The notes beneath the pieces are model-generated. The model searched no databases, had not been told where the DNA came from, and saw nothing but the letters and a program-made list of their open reading frames with translations. 64,000 nt of DNA from Chiloscyllium plagiosum (Eukaryota). A program made the position numbers and the translations under genes. Location: contig NC_057752.1 of NCBI RefSeq assembly GCF_004010195.1, positions 3,217,487-3,281,486 of the forward strand, in the 5' to 3' direction. Of this stretch, positions 1 to 11,603 are shown one piece after another. Position 1 is the stretch's first letter, and the number at the start of each line of letters is the position of its first letter.

Positions 1-39
1 ATTTGCACTGAATACTCCTAATCTAATGATTTGTTCATG

Positions 40-545
40 GCAATACGATGGCTCAGTGGTTAGCACTGCTGCCTCACAGCGCCAGGGACCCAGGTTCAGT
101 TCCAGCTTCGGGCGACTGTCTGTGTGGAGTTTGCATGTTCTCCCCGTGTCTGCATGAGTTTTCCCGGGTGCTCCGGTTTCCTCCCACAGTCCAAAGATGT
201 GTGGGTTAGGGTGGATTGGCCATGCTGAATTGCCTATGGTGTTCAGGGATGTGTAGGCTAGGTGCATTAGTCAAGGGCAAATATAGAATAATGGGGTAGG
301 GGAATGGGTCTGGATGGGCCGAAGGGCCTGTTGCCGCACTGTAGGGATTCTATATGCAGGTGAGGGTGGTATGACCATGACACAGTGTCCATAGTGTTCA
401 GGGATATGTAGGTTAGGTGAGTTGGCCATGGGAAACGTAGGGTGATGTGATAGGGGCGTGTGTCGGGGTGGGATGCTCTTCAGAGGGTCAGTATGGACTT
501 GATGGGCTGATTGGCCTGCTTCCACACTGCAGGGATTCAAGCACA
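40..545 (+). mobile_element. tRNA-derived SINE (HE1-like) with duplicated 3' module
   Basis: A-box TGGCTCAGTGG (50-60), B-box-like GGTTCAGTTCC, body matching the other SINE copies, CR1-like tail GGGCCGAAGGGCCTG..CACTGTAGGGATTCTA. Confidence 0.9.
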
Positions 546-689
546 ATAGCAATGCTCCCCCTGTCAGGGTGGGGTGAAGATGGCCATGTTGTGTTAGTTT
601 TCCCGAAACGCAAATGGACAGTGAATTTATTGGCCGTTGGAGTCCTTCTCTGTCCCTCTGTTGCTCCTGGACTCGACTATCCTAACACA

Positions 690-990
690 CTCCTACCTGG
701 TCTCCCACGTTCTCCTCTCTGTTAACATGAGCTCATCCATAACTCTGCTCTTCATTGCACCAGCTCCCATTCTCCCCTCACCCCTTTCGCTCACTGGCCT
801 TCACCGGCTCCCAGTCAAACTGTCCTCCGCATTTTCAAAGGCCCTCAGGCAGCTCACGGTCTCCTCCAGCCCCAGCAATGTCCGGGATTTCTGCTGTCCT
901 CCAATCCTGACCTCCTGTCTATCCACCGCCAACGACGGCCGCGCTCTCGGTTGCTGGGGCCCGGAAGCTCTGGAATGCCTCTGCCTTTTC
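690..990 (+). mobile_element. Degenerate L2-clade LINE 3' fragment
   Basis: Translation SPLSLTGLHRLPV resembles the L2 ORF2 C-terminal HITPVLxxLHWLPV motif, followed by GGCCGCGCTCTCGGTTGCTGGGGCCCGGAAGCTCTGGAAT (L2 GGRAFS..LWN region). Confidence 0.55.
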
Positions 991-1704
991 ATTGCCATCG
1001 AGGTGCTTGATAAATACAGGTTGTTGTTGTGGCACTCATTGCCCACACTGGCTCCCCCCACCCCTCCACAAATGGTTAAACTCGGAGGACTGGAAGCAAA
1101 TTGTGGCATGCAATATGAGCTTAATTGAAAAGGAGAACAAATAACCATTAGCTTCGCCAACCTCCCCAGCTGAGGTGATGATCTGAAAGCTTATAGGGTC
1201 CTCTCTAGAATTGAATCAATATTCATCAATATGAAGACACTTTCCTCCCTTCACACACACGCCATAACTCAACATGTTATCTGCTTATGCAGGCCTGAGA
1301 GTGTTCATAAATAACAGCCTTCCTCTCTGTTTCAAACTTGGAGTTAATTTCCAAACTTGTGCAGTCTGGTATCAGAGGTGAACAGTCTCCATAAAAGCAG
1401 TCACAATCCCTCTTGCCTTGAAGTGTAATAATAAGCTGTTTATCCAGAGAAATCTCTCAATGACAAATGCGTTCCCTTCTGTTTGACACGTGGCCATATG
1501 CGCAGCTTGATCGATGGGCCCAGTTCGACAAGAGGCCTCCTCCACTCCACTGTAGGCAGCCTCTAAGCACACAATGGCTTATGCAGCAAAAAAAAACCCG
1601 TTATAATTGAGCTGGGAATTGGTGAACAACATTAATTAGCCCTTTCCTGCTTGCCATTTGACATTGCCGCTGGATTTGCAATACAAACATCAGGGATGGT
1701 CGTC

Positions 1705-2216
1705 AACGGTAAGGTCCGAGGGAGTGTTGCTGAACAAAGAGACCTTGGAGTGCAGGTTCATAGCTCCTTTGCCAGGGTTGGAGGATTTGAGCTATAGGGA
1801 GAGGCTGAACAGGCTGGGGCTGTTTTCCCTGGAGCGTCGGAAGCTGAGGGGTGACCTCATACAAAATTCTGAGGGACATGAATAGGATAAATAGACAAAG
1901 TCTTTTCCCTGGGGTCGGGGAGTCCAGAACTAGAGGGCATAGGTTGAGGGTGAGAGGGAAAAGATATAAAAGGGACTTAGGGGGCAATGTTTTCACACAG
2001 AGGGTGGTGTGTGTATGGAATGAGCTGCCGGAGGAAGTGGTGGAGGCTGGTACAATTGCAACATTTAAGAGGCATTTGAATATATGAATAGGAAGGGTTT
2101 GGAGGGATATGGGCCGGGTGCTGGCAGGTGGGACTAGATTGGGTTGGGATGTCTGGTCGGCATGGACGGGTTGGACTGAAGGGTCTGTTTCCATGATGCA
2201 CATCTCTATGACTCTA
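1705..2216 (+). mobile_element. CR1 (HER1-like) LINE 3' fragment, internally deleted
   Basis: [25 protein letters not shown] and RTRGH..FTQRVVCVWNELPEEVVEAGTI motifs; 3' tail CTCTATGACTCTA. Confidence 0.93.
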
Positions 2217-2267
2217 GAACTGTGCAGTCCCATGTTGGATCTGAGATATCCTGGGTAGTGAGCCATG

Positions 2268-2376
2268 GTGTAGAGGTACCCGTGCTGGACTGGTCAGAAG
2301 TCACAGAACGCCAAGTTACTGCCTGACAGGTTCATTTCAAATCACAAGCTCTCGGAGCGCTACCCCTTCCTCAGGC
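2268..2376 (-). mobile_element. Penelope-like element terminal fragment with degenerate hammerhead
   Basis: Minus strand CTGAGGAAGGGGTAGCGCTCCGAGAGCTT; same family as 29798-30235. Confidence 0.55.
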
Positions 2377-2424
2377 ACCGTAATGTGTCCTGTCCTCCTT
2401 CTCTTGCAGAGGGGCATTGTCACA

Positions 2425-2670
2425 GTGCATTAGTCAGGGGTAAATATAGAATAATGGGGTAGGGGAATGGGTCTGGGTGGGTTACTCTTTAGAGGGTCTG
2501 TATGGACTGGATGGGCCGAAGGGTTTGTTTCCACACTGTAGGAGGTTCTATATGCAGGTTGGGGTGGAATGGCCATGACACAGTGTCCACAGTGTTCAGG
2601 GATGTGTAGGTTCGGTGAGTTAGCCATGGGAAACGTAGGGTGATGTGGTAGTGGTGTGTGTCGGGGTTGG
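2425..2670 (+). repeat. Local direct copy of SINE 3' region at ~262-470
   Basis: GTGCATTAGTCA.GGG.AAATATAGAATAATGGGGTAGGGGAATGGG...CCATGGGAAACGTAGGGTGATGTG shared with 262-470. Confidence 0.8.
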
Positions 2671-2712
2671 ACACTCAGTGGTGCTGAAATGTCTCCCTCA
2701 GACGGGCAGTCC

Positions 2713-2938
2713 TAGAGCTGTACAGCACGGAAACAGACACCCTTCGGCCCAACTGCGTCCGGGCTGACCAGGTATCCCAACCTAATCTAGTCCCATTTGC
2801 CAGCACCCGCTCCATATCCTTCCAAACCCTTCCTATTCATATACCCATCCAGATGCCTTTTAAATGTTGCAATTGTACCAGCCTCCACCACTTCCTCTGG
2901 CAGCTCATTCCATACACGTACCACCCTCTGTGTGAAAA
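2713..2938 (-). mobile_element. CR1 LINE 3' end
   Basis: FTQRVVRVWNELPEEVVEAGTIATFKRHLDGYM on the minus strand. Confidence 0.9.
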
Positions 2939-3351
2939 GGGCAATGCTAATGTGCGATGTTACAGCTGCACTGTGTCCAATAACTGCAATTACGGACATT
3001 AGCAAAGAGCAGATTCCCCACTTATCTGCAGACAGCGCCCTCGACTCCCACTACCTCAGTACCTGGAGAGCGGAATCTCCCAGGTGACCAGCCAGCACTG
3101 ATGGATGGTCTTCGAGAACGGTGGAAATGAAATTCGCAAGTTGGCACTGACACAATTTGCCGCCTTTCACTGACAGGATGGTGCACGACGACAGTAAGTA
3201 ATCAGATCAGCTCCAATTAGCAGAAACATTCACAGAAACAAAGGGCACGCAAACTCACATAGCTTATTGTTTCAGAGGAGCAGCTTTCCGAATCTGTAGG
3301 TTTCCAACAGAAAAAGCAATAGACCAAGGAATCACAGCTGATCATGAAGAG

Positions 3352-6300
3352 GGTCACAGGGGTGGGAGGGTAATATTTACAGAGAGTCATGGGATGGAAG
3401 GGTAATATTTACAGAGAATCACTGGGATGGGAGGGTAATGTTTACAGAGAGTCATGACAGAAAAAGCAATAGACCAAGGAATCACAGCTGATCATGAAGA
3501 GGGTCACAGGGGTGGGAGGGTAATATTTACAGAGAATCACTGGGATGGGAGGGTAATGTTTACAGAGAGTCATGGGATGGGAGGGTAATATTTACAGGGG
3601 TCACTGGGATGAGAGGGTAATATTTACAGAGGGCACTGGGATGGGAGGGTGATATTTACAGGGGTCACTGGGATGGGAGGGTAATATTTACAGGGGTCAC
3701 TGGGATGGGAGGGTAATATTTACAGGGGTCACTGGGATGGGAGGGTAATATTTACAGGGGTCACTGGGATGGGAGGGTAATATTTACAGGGGTCACTGGG
3801 ATGGGAGGGTAATATTTACAGGGGTCACTGGGATGGGAGGGTAATATTTACAGGGGTCACTGGGATGGGAGGGTAATATTTACAGGGGTCACTGGGATGG
3901 GAGGGTAATATTTACAGGGGTCACTGGGATGGGAGGGTAATATTTACAGGGGTCACTGGGATGGGAGGGTAATATTTACAGGGGTCACTGGGATGGGAGG
4001 GTAATATTTACAGGGGTCACTGGGATGGGAGGGTAATATTTACAGGGGTCACTGGGATGGGAGGGTAATATTTACAGGGGTCACTGGGATGGGAGGGTAA
4101 TATTTACAGGGGTCACTGGGATGGGAGGGTAATATTTACAGGGGTCACTGGGATGGGAGGGTAATATTTACAGGGGTCACTGGGATGGGAGGGTAATATT
4201 TACAGGGGTCACTGGGATGGGAGGGTAATATTTACAGGGGTCACTGGGATGGGAGGGTAATATTTACAGGGGTCACTGGGATGGGAGGGTAATATTTACA
4301 GGGGTCACTGGGATGGGAGGGTAATATTTACAGGGGTCACTGGGATGGGAGGGTAATATTTACAGGGGTCACTGGGATGGGAGGGTAATATTTACAGGGG
4401 TCACTGGGATGGGAGGGTAATATTTACAGGGGTCACTGGGATGGGAGGGTAATATTTACAGGGGTCACTGGGATGGGAGGGTAATATTTACAGGGGTCAC
4501 TGGGATGGGAGGGTAATATTTACAGGGGTCACTGGGATGGGAGGGTAATATTTACAGGGGTCACTGGGATGGGAGGGTAATATTTACAGGGGTCACTGGG
4601 ATGGGAGGGTAATATTTACAGGGGTCACTGGGATGGGAGGGTAATATTTACAGGGGTCACTGGGATGGGAGGGTAATATTTACAGGGGTCACTGGGATGG
4701 GAGGGTAATATTTACAGGGGTCACTGGGATGGGAGGGTAATATTTACAGGGGTCACTGGGATGGGAGGGTAATATTTACAGGGGTCACTGGGATGGGAGG
4801 GTAATATTTACAGGGGTCACTGGGATGGGAGGGTAATATTTACAGGGGTCACTGGGATGGGAGGGTAATATTTACAGGGGTCACTGGGATGGGAGGGTAA
4901 TATTTACAGGGGTCACTGGGATGGGAGGGTAATATTTACAGGGGTCACTGGGATGGGAGGGTAATATTTACAGGGGTCACTGGGATGGGAGGGTAATATT
5001 TACAGGGGTCACTGGGATGGGAGGGTAATATTTACAGGGGTCACTGGGATGGGAGGGTAATATTTACAGGGGTCACTGGGATGGGAGGGTAATATTTACA
5101 GGGGTCACTGGGATGGGAGGGTAATATTTACAGGGGTCACTGGGATGGGAGGGTAATATTTACAGGGGTCACTGGGATGGGAGGGTAATATTTACAGGGG
5201 TCACTGGGATGGGAGGGTAATATTTACAGGGGTCACTGGGATGGGAGGGTAATATTTACAGGGGTCACTGGGATGGGAGGGTAATATTTACAGGGGTCAC
5301 TGGGATGGGAGGGTAATATTTACAGGGGTCACTGGGATGGGAGGGTAATATTTACAGGGGTCACTGGGATGGGAGGGTAATATTTACAGGGGTCACTGGG
5401 ATGGGAGGGTAATATTTACAGGGGTCACTGGGATGGGAGGGTAATATTTACAGGGGTCACTGGGATGGGAGGGTAATATTTACAGGGGTCACTGGGATGG
5501 GAGGGTAATATTTACAGGGGTCACTGGGATGGGAGGGTAATATTTACAGGGGTCACTGGGATGGGAGGGTAATATTTACAGGGGTCACTGGGATGGGAGG
5601 GTAATATTTACAGGGGTCACTGGGATGGGAGGGTAATATTTACAGAGAGTCACTGGGATTGGAGGGTAATATTTACAGAGATTCACTGGGATGGGAGGGT
5701 AATATTTACAGAGCGTCACTGGGATGGGAGGGTAATATTTACAGGGGTCACTGAGATGGGAGGGTAATATTTACAGGGGTCACTGCGATGGGAGGGTAAT
5801 ATTTACAGGGGTCACTGGGATGGGAGGGTAATATTTACAGGGGTCACTGGGATAGGAGGGTAATATTTACAGAGAGTCATGGGATGGGAGGGTAATATTT
5901 ACAGGGGTCACTGCGATGGGAGGGTAATATTTACAGGGGTTACTGCGATGGGAGGGTAATATTTACAGAGGGTCACTGCGAAGGATGTATAATATTTACA
6001 GGGGTCACTGGGATGGGAGTGTAATATTTACAGAGAGTCACTGGGATGAGAGGGTAATATTTACAGAGTCACTGGGATGGGAGTGTAATATTTACAGGGG
6101 TCACTGCGATGGGAGGGTAATATTTACAGAGGGTCACTGGGATGAGAGGGTAATATTTACAGGGGTCTCAGGGATGAGAGGGTAATATTTACAGAGAGTC
6201 ACTGGGATGGGAGGGTAATATTTACAGGGGTCACTGCGATGGGAGGGGAATATTTACAGGGGTCAATGGGATGAATGGGTAATATTTACAGAGAGTCACT

Positions 6301-6627
6301 GGGATGGGAAGGTAATATTTACTGGGGTCACTGGGATGAGAAGGTAATATTTACAGAGGGTAACTGGGATGGGAGGGTAATATTTATAGAGAGTCACTGG
6401 GATGGGAGGGTAATATTTACAGAGAGTCACTGGGATGGGAGGGTAATATTTACAGGGGTCACTGGGATGAGAAGGTAATATTTACAGAGGGTAACTGGGA
6501 TGGGAGGGTAATATTTATAGAGAGTCACTGGGATGGGAGGGTAATATTTACAGAGAGTCACTGGGATTGGAGGGTAATATTTACAGAGGGTCACTGGGAT
6601 GGGAGGGTAATATTTACAGAGGGTCAA
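3352..6627. repeat. 32-bp G-rich tandem array (GGGATGGGAGGGTAATATTTACAGGGGTCACT)n, about 100 units
   Basis: Lines repeat exactly every 480 nt (15 x 32) between ~3661 and ~5640; 34-bp variants (CAGAGAGTCACT) at both flanks. Confidence 0.98.
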
Positions 6628-7184
6628 TGGACCAGAAGGCTGTGCCGACCCTCCTGGCAGTTTGGTGATGTCTGTGAACATCCTTGCTGGTGTCTCCTGT
6701 GAGAACTTTGAGAAGCGTTGCTCGCTCCACATTCTCAGCAGCGTCTGATTTGGTCATGCTGTGTCGAAGGCCTGTAATCTGGCCCGGGTTTATTGCCTTG
6801 ATGTTATCACAGACATCTATAACTCCTCATGTAAACATGTTGGACCTGATGTCAGTGAGAAACCCGTTGAAACATCAGGATATTTAATGGGATACGCTGG
6901 GTTCCTTTCTCGCTCCTGACAGTCCTGCATAAATCAATGAGCTCTATGCCACGATACGTCAGCATTGGAATTTGTATTCACTCGCTGTATTCAATTCATA
7001 CACCAGATTTTAATAAACTACCATACAAGCGTGTACTGTTTTCGACGTGGCCTGTGAAATATCAAGCATGGCTAAATATTTCTTAAAAGATATTAACGTG
7101 TCAAGTGATATGCTATCTTGCTTCCAACAAAACACAAGTTGGTTTTGAAAAATGCATTCTGCGCAAATCTTCATAAATGAAATG

Positions 7185-7246
7185 TCAAAATACCACATCC
7201 AATGGCATATCAAAGTCCGGAGCAAGTTCACGGTCATCAAAACTAC
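7185..7246 (-). CDS. Candidate terminal coding exon (G)SFDDRELAPDFDMPLDVVF*, gene not recognised
   Basis: Minus-strand acceptor CTTCTATTTTCCACAG|GT, 19 sense codons then TGA, AATAAA about 400 nt downstream (6789-6794), non-repetitive context; no homology recognised. Confidence 0.25.
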
Positions 7247-7545
7247 CTGTGGAAAATAGAAGCTATCAACAGGTTTGAACCCAATGTCAAACATTAAATC
7301 GCAATGAAGCCAACCATCAGCACCAAGAATTCTCACTCCATGTATCCAATAGTTTCACCAACCATCAGTCATTAATCCCTTCCCATGAATACTCGAGTTC
7401 TGGTCAATTTTGTGTAAAAGTCAGCCCCTGGCACATTGTATATGCCCATGACTTCAACCCCATTCTGGCATAAGCCATATTTGATAGAGGCGGGTATTTT
7501 CCCAATCAAAAGTAAACACCTCAAAGATGCTGTCATTCAGAAACC

Positions 7546-7690
7546 ACAACAGAAGCCGCTGGAGAAGCTCAGCAGGTCTGGGCAGCATCTGTGGGGAGGA
7601 GTCAGAGTCGACCTGAAACGTTCCACTCTGACTTCTCTCCGCCGATGCTGCCAGACCTGCTGAGCTTTTCCAGCAATTCCTGTTGTTTTA
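7546..7690. mobile_element. Penelope-derived palindromic (hairpin) remnant
   Basis: GCTGGAGAAGCTCAGCAGGTCTGGGCAGCATC ... GATGCTGCCAGACCTGCTGAGCTTTTCCAGC inverted arms around GAAACGTT. Confidence 0.75.
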
Positions 7691-8361
7691 TTTTCCGAAC
7701 CAAGGAGGTGGGACTTGAACCCTGGTCTCCCAGCCCACCTCTTTCCTTGTTTCCCGGTATCTTCGAATCAGCCCTGTTCTGGTATGTTGCTGCATCTCTG
7801 GTGTAGGTTGGGCTTGAATGCAAGCTCCTTGACTTATAGAGGTTGGGCCACTACCACTGCACTGCCAGTGTGCCAACTTGATCGAGTCATTCAGTGGCAC
7901 ACCGCTGAAGGAAGCTGCCCGCATGTTTGGCTCGTTCTCATGTTGCCTTTGCCGGTGCAGTTAGCGGGAAGTCTCCGAGGTGACAGTCTGCAATAAGGAA
8001 GCAATGGGAGGTCCTCCCTCCCTTCTCTTTGACTAAAAACGTCATCTTTGAGACCCAACTTTCACCTGACTGTGGAGAGGAGATGTCCTTTGGACTCGCT
8101 CCGAGCTCAGGATGGACTTATTATGGCGCATTGTCCAGATAATTCTCCTCTCTGCATGGAATCTCAAAAATAATCAGGGATTTTCCATAATTTCCATTAG
8201 TTGGCCCCATACTGAACTCTACCAGACCTCTCATTTCACCGCATTAGTAACCCAGCAACAAAGAGAAGGCCTGTTTAACATTTAATGAGATCATGGATGA
8301 TACCTGACGTAACACCAAATACTGGCCCTCTCTGAGGGTTTGGTGGTTGTGGGGGGGGGGA

Positions 8362-8735
8362 ATCTCATAGAAACATATGAAATCCTGATGGGACTGGACA
8401 GGCTAGATGTAGGAAGAATGTTCCTGATGTTGGGCAAGTCCAGAACTAGGGATCACACTCACAATGAGGGATAAGCCATTCAGAACCAAAATGAGGAAGA
8501 ATCTCTTTGCTCAGAGGTTTGTGAACCTGTGGAATTCTCTCCCACGGAAAGCTGTTGGGGTCAGTTTGTTTGATATATTCAAGAGGGAGCTGGATGTGGC
8601 CCTAAAGGGATCAAAAGATATGGAGCGAAAGCGGGAGTGGGATATGGAGGTTGCATGATCAGTCACGATCCTATTGAATGGTGGTGCAGGCTCGAAGGGC
8701 CGAATGGCCTCCTCCCGCTTCTATTTTGTATGTTG
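8362..8735 (+). mobile_element. CR1 LINE 3' fragment (second subfamily; near-identical to ~35420-35795)
   Basis: MRDKPFRTKMRKN.FAQRFVNLWNS.PRKA..SLFDIFKRELDVAL. Confidence 0.88.
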
Positions 8736-9323
8736 CTAGGTAATCCCAGGTTTCACATTAACAAATGATCGAGCAACAATTGCCATCTGGAGAAGCAAGT
8801 TTGCAACTTTTCCCTGTCTTTGTGTCGGAATATTTCCGAGTCTCGCTCCTGAAAGATCTGGCTCTCTGTTTTCGACTACACCTACTAACCCGAGACATCC
8901 CAAACTCGTGAAAATAATTTCCCTTCACCCACCTTACATCTTCCCCTTAATGTATTTAATACTTTCATCAAATCATCCCTTAGCCTTATAATTTCCAGGG
9001 AATACAACTCAAGCCTGTGTAATGTCCACTTGTCATTAAATCTTTGTAATGGTAACAAACTGAATTTTCTTCAAGGCTTATATTATCCTTCTTTAGGTCT
9101 GGTGCCCAGAACTGTTGACATTTGCCTGTGTATGGTCAAACCAGGATTTTGGGTTTCTATAGTATGACATCACTTCTCTCACAGTTTATTCTAGACCCTT
9201 GGATATGAAGCCTTTTTAAATACTTCTTAGCCATCTGTAAAGACAAGAGCAGCAGATACATGGGAACACCACCCCCTGCAAGTTCCCCTCCAAACTACTC
9301 CCCATTCTGACTTGGAAATACAT

Positions 9324-10048
9324 TGAAGAGGGAAATGGCAGGGTAACACTAGGCACACGAGATGGCCATTGAGTCATCAGTTGACCGACTTGATGCACAA
9401 GATGGCCGCCGGATCACAATTTGGAGAGAAACAGCAGAGCAGATACAGACACTGCCTGGGGCCACCAGAATGCCAGCACAATGCACTCACAACCCAGTTG
9501 ATTAATTTAAGGCGGGTGGGGGAGAGAATACACATGAGTAACATACACTGCCCGCTGAAGTGTCTGGGTCCAGCCAGCACCTCTTATAGAAATGCTAACA
9601 GCTTGATACAGACTCAATACAGAGTGCTAATAGCCAGGGCTGCAGTAGTCCTTCTCAGGAAGAGCAATTAGCGCCCATTACTTCAGCAACGGACATCCAC
9701 TCAGACATTGAAACTGACAATATCTGCGCTGAAACTGACAATGACCACACAGGAATTAACCAAAGTTGCGCTGGAACTGACAAAGACTGTATCGAAACAA
9801 TCAACGATTCTGCAATGATGGCCATAAACAAACCATGTTACAAAGACAATAATCTCATCATTGACATATTGTATCACAAGATGTATAAAAGTTTCTTGAC
9901 ATGTGCTCCGGGCCGAGAGAAAACTCACAGCTGGCCACTGAGCTGTTGGTGTCGCTCTTTCCCCGGAGCTCCGGTATTTCCTTGGACAATAAACTCTGCT
10001 GTTGAACCCTGATTCTGACTCCGAGACTGGTGTTTTCCCCCCACAACA
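9324..10048 (+). mobile_element. Solo LTR (725 bp), TG...CA, 4-bp TSD ACAT
   Basis: ACAT|TGAAGAG ... CCACAACA|ACAT; TATAAAA at ~9884, AATAAA at ~9988; the interrupted host repeat rejoins as CTTGGAAATACAT+CGCCATTCC. Confidence 0.88.
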
Positions 10049-10114
10049 ACATCGCCATTCCAGCAGTGTCGCTGGGTCAATAATCCTGGAACTCGCTCCC
10101 TGACAGCAAGCAGC

Positions 10115-11260
10115 AAAACAAAAGAAAACTAGTATAGATGCTGCAAACCTGAAGTAAATCCAGAAAACTGCTGGAGAAACTCAGCAGGTCTGGCAGCACC
10201 TATGGAGAGAGAAACAGAGTTAGCGTTTCAGGTCCAAAGGAACTGAAGTGGTGGCCGGGGGGGCTGGAAAAAGATGCTTCTTTGCTGATGACATAGAGAG
10301 GTCACAGTCTTAGGATAAGGGGTAGCAAATTAAAAACCGAGTTGAAGAGAAGCTACTTCTCCCAAAGGGTTGTGAATCTGTGGAATTCCCTACCCCAAAG
10401 TGTGGTGGATGCTGGGAGAGTGAGTAAATTTAAGGAGGAGTTAGACAGATTTTTAATTGGTAATGGGTTGAAGGGTCACGGGGAGAATGCACGAAGATAG
10501 GGGTGAGGAGCAGACTCGATGGGCCGAATGGCCTCATTCTACTCCTCTATCTTACGAACGTATGATGACAAAGGAGGAGGACCAAGTGGACCAGATTGTG
10601 AGGACGCCCAGAGTAAAAGATAAGGAGAGTGCGCAAGTTGGTAAAAGAGTGATTGAGGTGTCAAATGGGTGTAAATGATGGGTGCAGAAACCAGAACGTG
10701 TGCTGAGAACAAAGCCCACAAGGGGGCGGAGGGGCAGGCGGGTTGGAGCAGCAATCAAAGTGGACGATCGAGTTCACGCTGTGAGGTTGATGAACTCGGT
10801 GCTGAGCCCTCGAGTCTGTAAGGTGGAAAATGAGGTACGGGTTTCTCCAGCGTGCATTAAGCTTCTCTGCATCAGGCCTCGGACAAAAATGTTACTGTGA
10901 GAATATGATGGTGCAACAGAACGGCATGTGACTGGCACGCAGGCTGCAGAGCTGTTCTGCAAAGTGGTCACCCAGTTTGTGTTTGGTCTCACCCATGGAA
11001 AGGAGACTGCACTGTGAGCAGTGAATGCAGCGGACTAGATTGAAAGGCGGACAGATGAAAGCTGACCTCTCATGAAGGTGCGTTCAAGACCTTGGACAGT
11101 GAGGAAGAAGGAGGCCAAAGGTCAATCTGCAACCGCACAGCAAGATCCCATGGGAGGTGGGGAGCGGGGCAATCAGGAGTGATGATGGAGGAGTGGGCTA
11201 GGCAGTCACAGAGGGAACAGCCCCTGTGGATGGGGAGTAGATGTTGTGTGGTGGTAGGGT
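10115..11260 (-). mobile_element. Degenerate Penelope-like element (GIY-YIG remnant) interrupted by a CR1 fragment
   Basis: Minus-strand translation at ~10952-11045 FNLVRCIHCSQCSLLSMGETKHKLGDHFAEQ matches the PLE GIY-YIG motif (VYCIxCxxC..YIGET..L..RFxEH); PLE terminal sequence at 10130-10245. Confidence 0.75.
10295..10560 (+). mobile_element. CR1 LINE 3' fragment nested in the PLE remnant
   Basis: GGTCACAGTCTTAGGATAAGGGG...GTTGTGAATCTGTGGAATTCCCTACC; tail GGGCCGAATGGCCT. Confidence 0.8.
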
Positions 11261-11376
11261 GGCAGAGTGCCACATCCTGCCAAATTGAGCAGCTGCCCAT
11301 TACCCCTGCTCTCTGCCTCCCCACCAGGTCAATCACTTCTCTCTCATTCCATGACCTTCATCTTCAGCGGACAGTT

Positions 11377-11603
11377 TGCTACGAAGGGCTTTGAAATAAC
11401 TCCCCAGAGGCCGGTAGCCCATCCCCAAGTCCCCCTTTATTCACACGTGGAGAGTCCCTGACACTGATCCAGCTCTCAGAGTGAGCAGAACCTCTGTTTC
11501 GATCTGTCAGCCAGGGCTCCCTGATTGGACCAGGTTAATGGCCCCAATCTGGGAACTCAGATTCTATGAGGTCCACCTACCTGACCTTGTTACAATCACT
11601 ACA
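11377..11603 (-). mobile_element. Short solo LTR-like element (~227 bp)
   Basis: Minus strand begins TGTAGTGATTGTAAC and ends CGTAGCA; minus-strand AATAAA near 11435-11440; no clear TSD. Confidence 0.5.

Noticed and set aside
40..125. tRNA genes at SINE heads
   Set aside because: A/B boxes belong to tRNA-derived SINE heads that run directly into SINE bodies
3352..6627. CRISPR-like array
   Set aside because: Units are contiguous with no unique spacers, no cas genes, and a vertebrate context; it is a minisatellite
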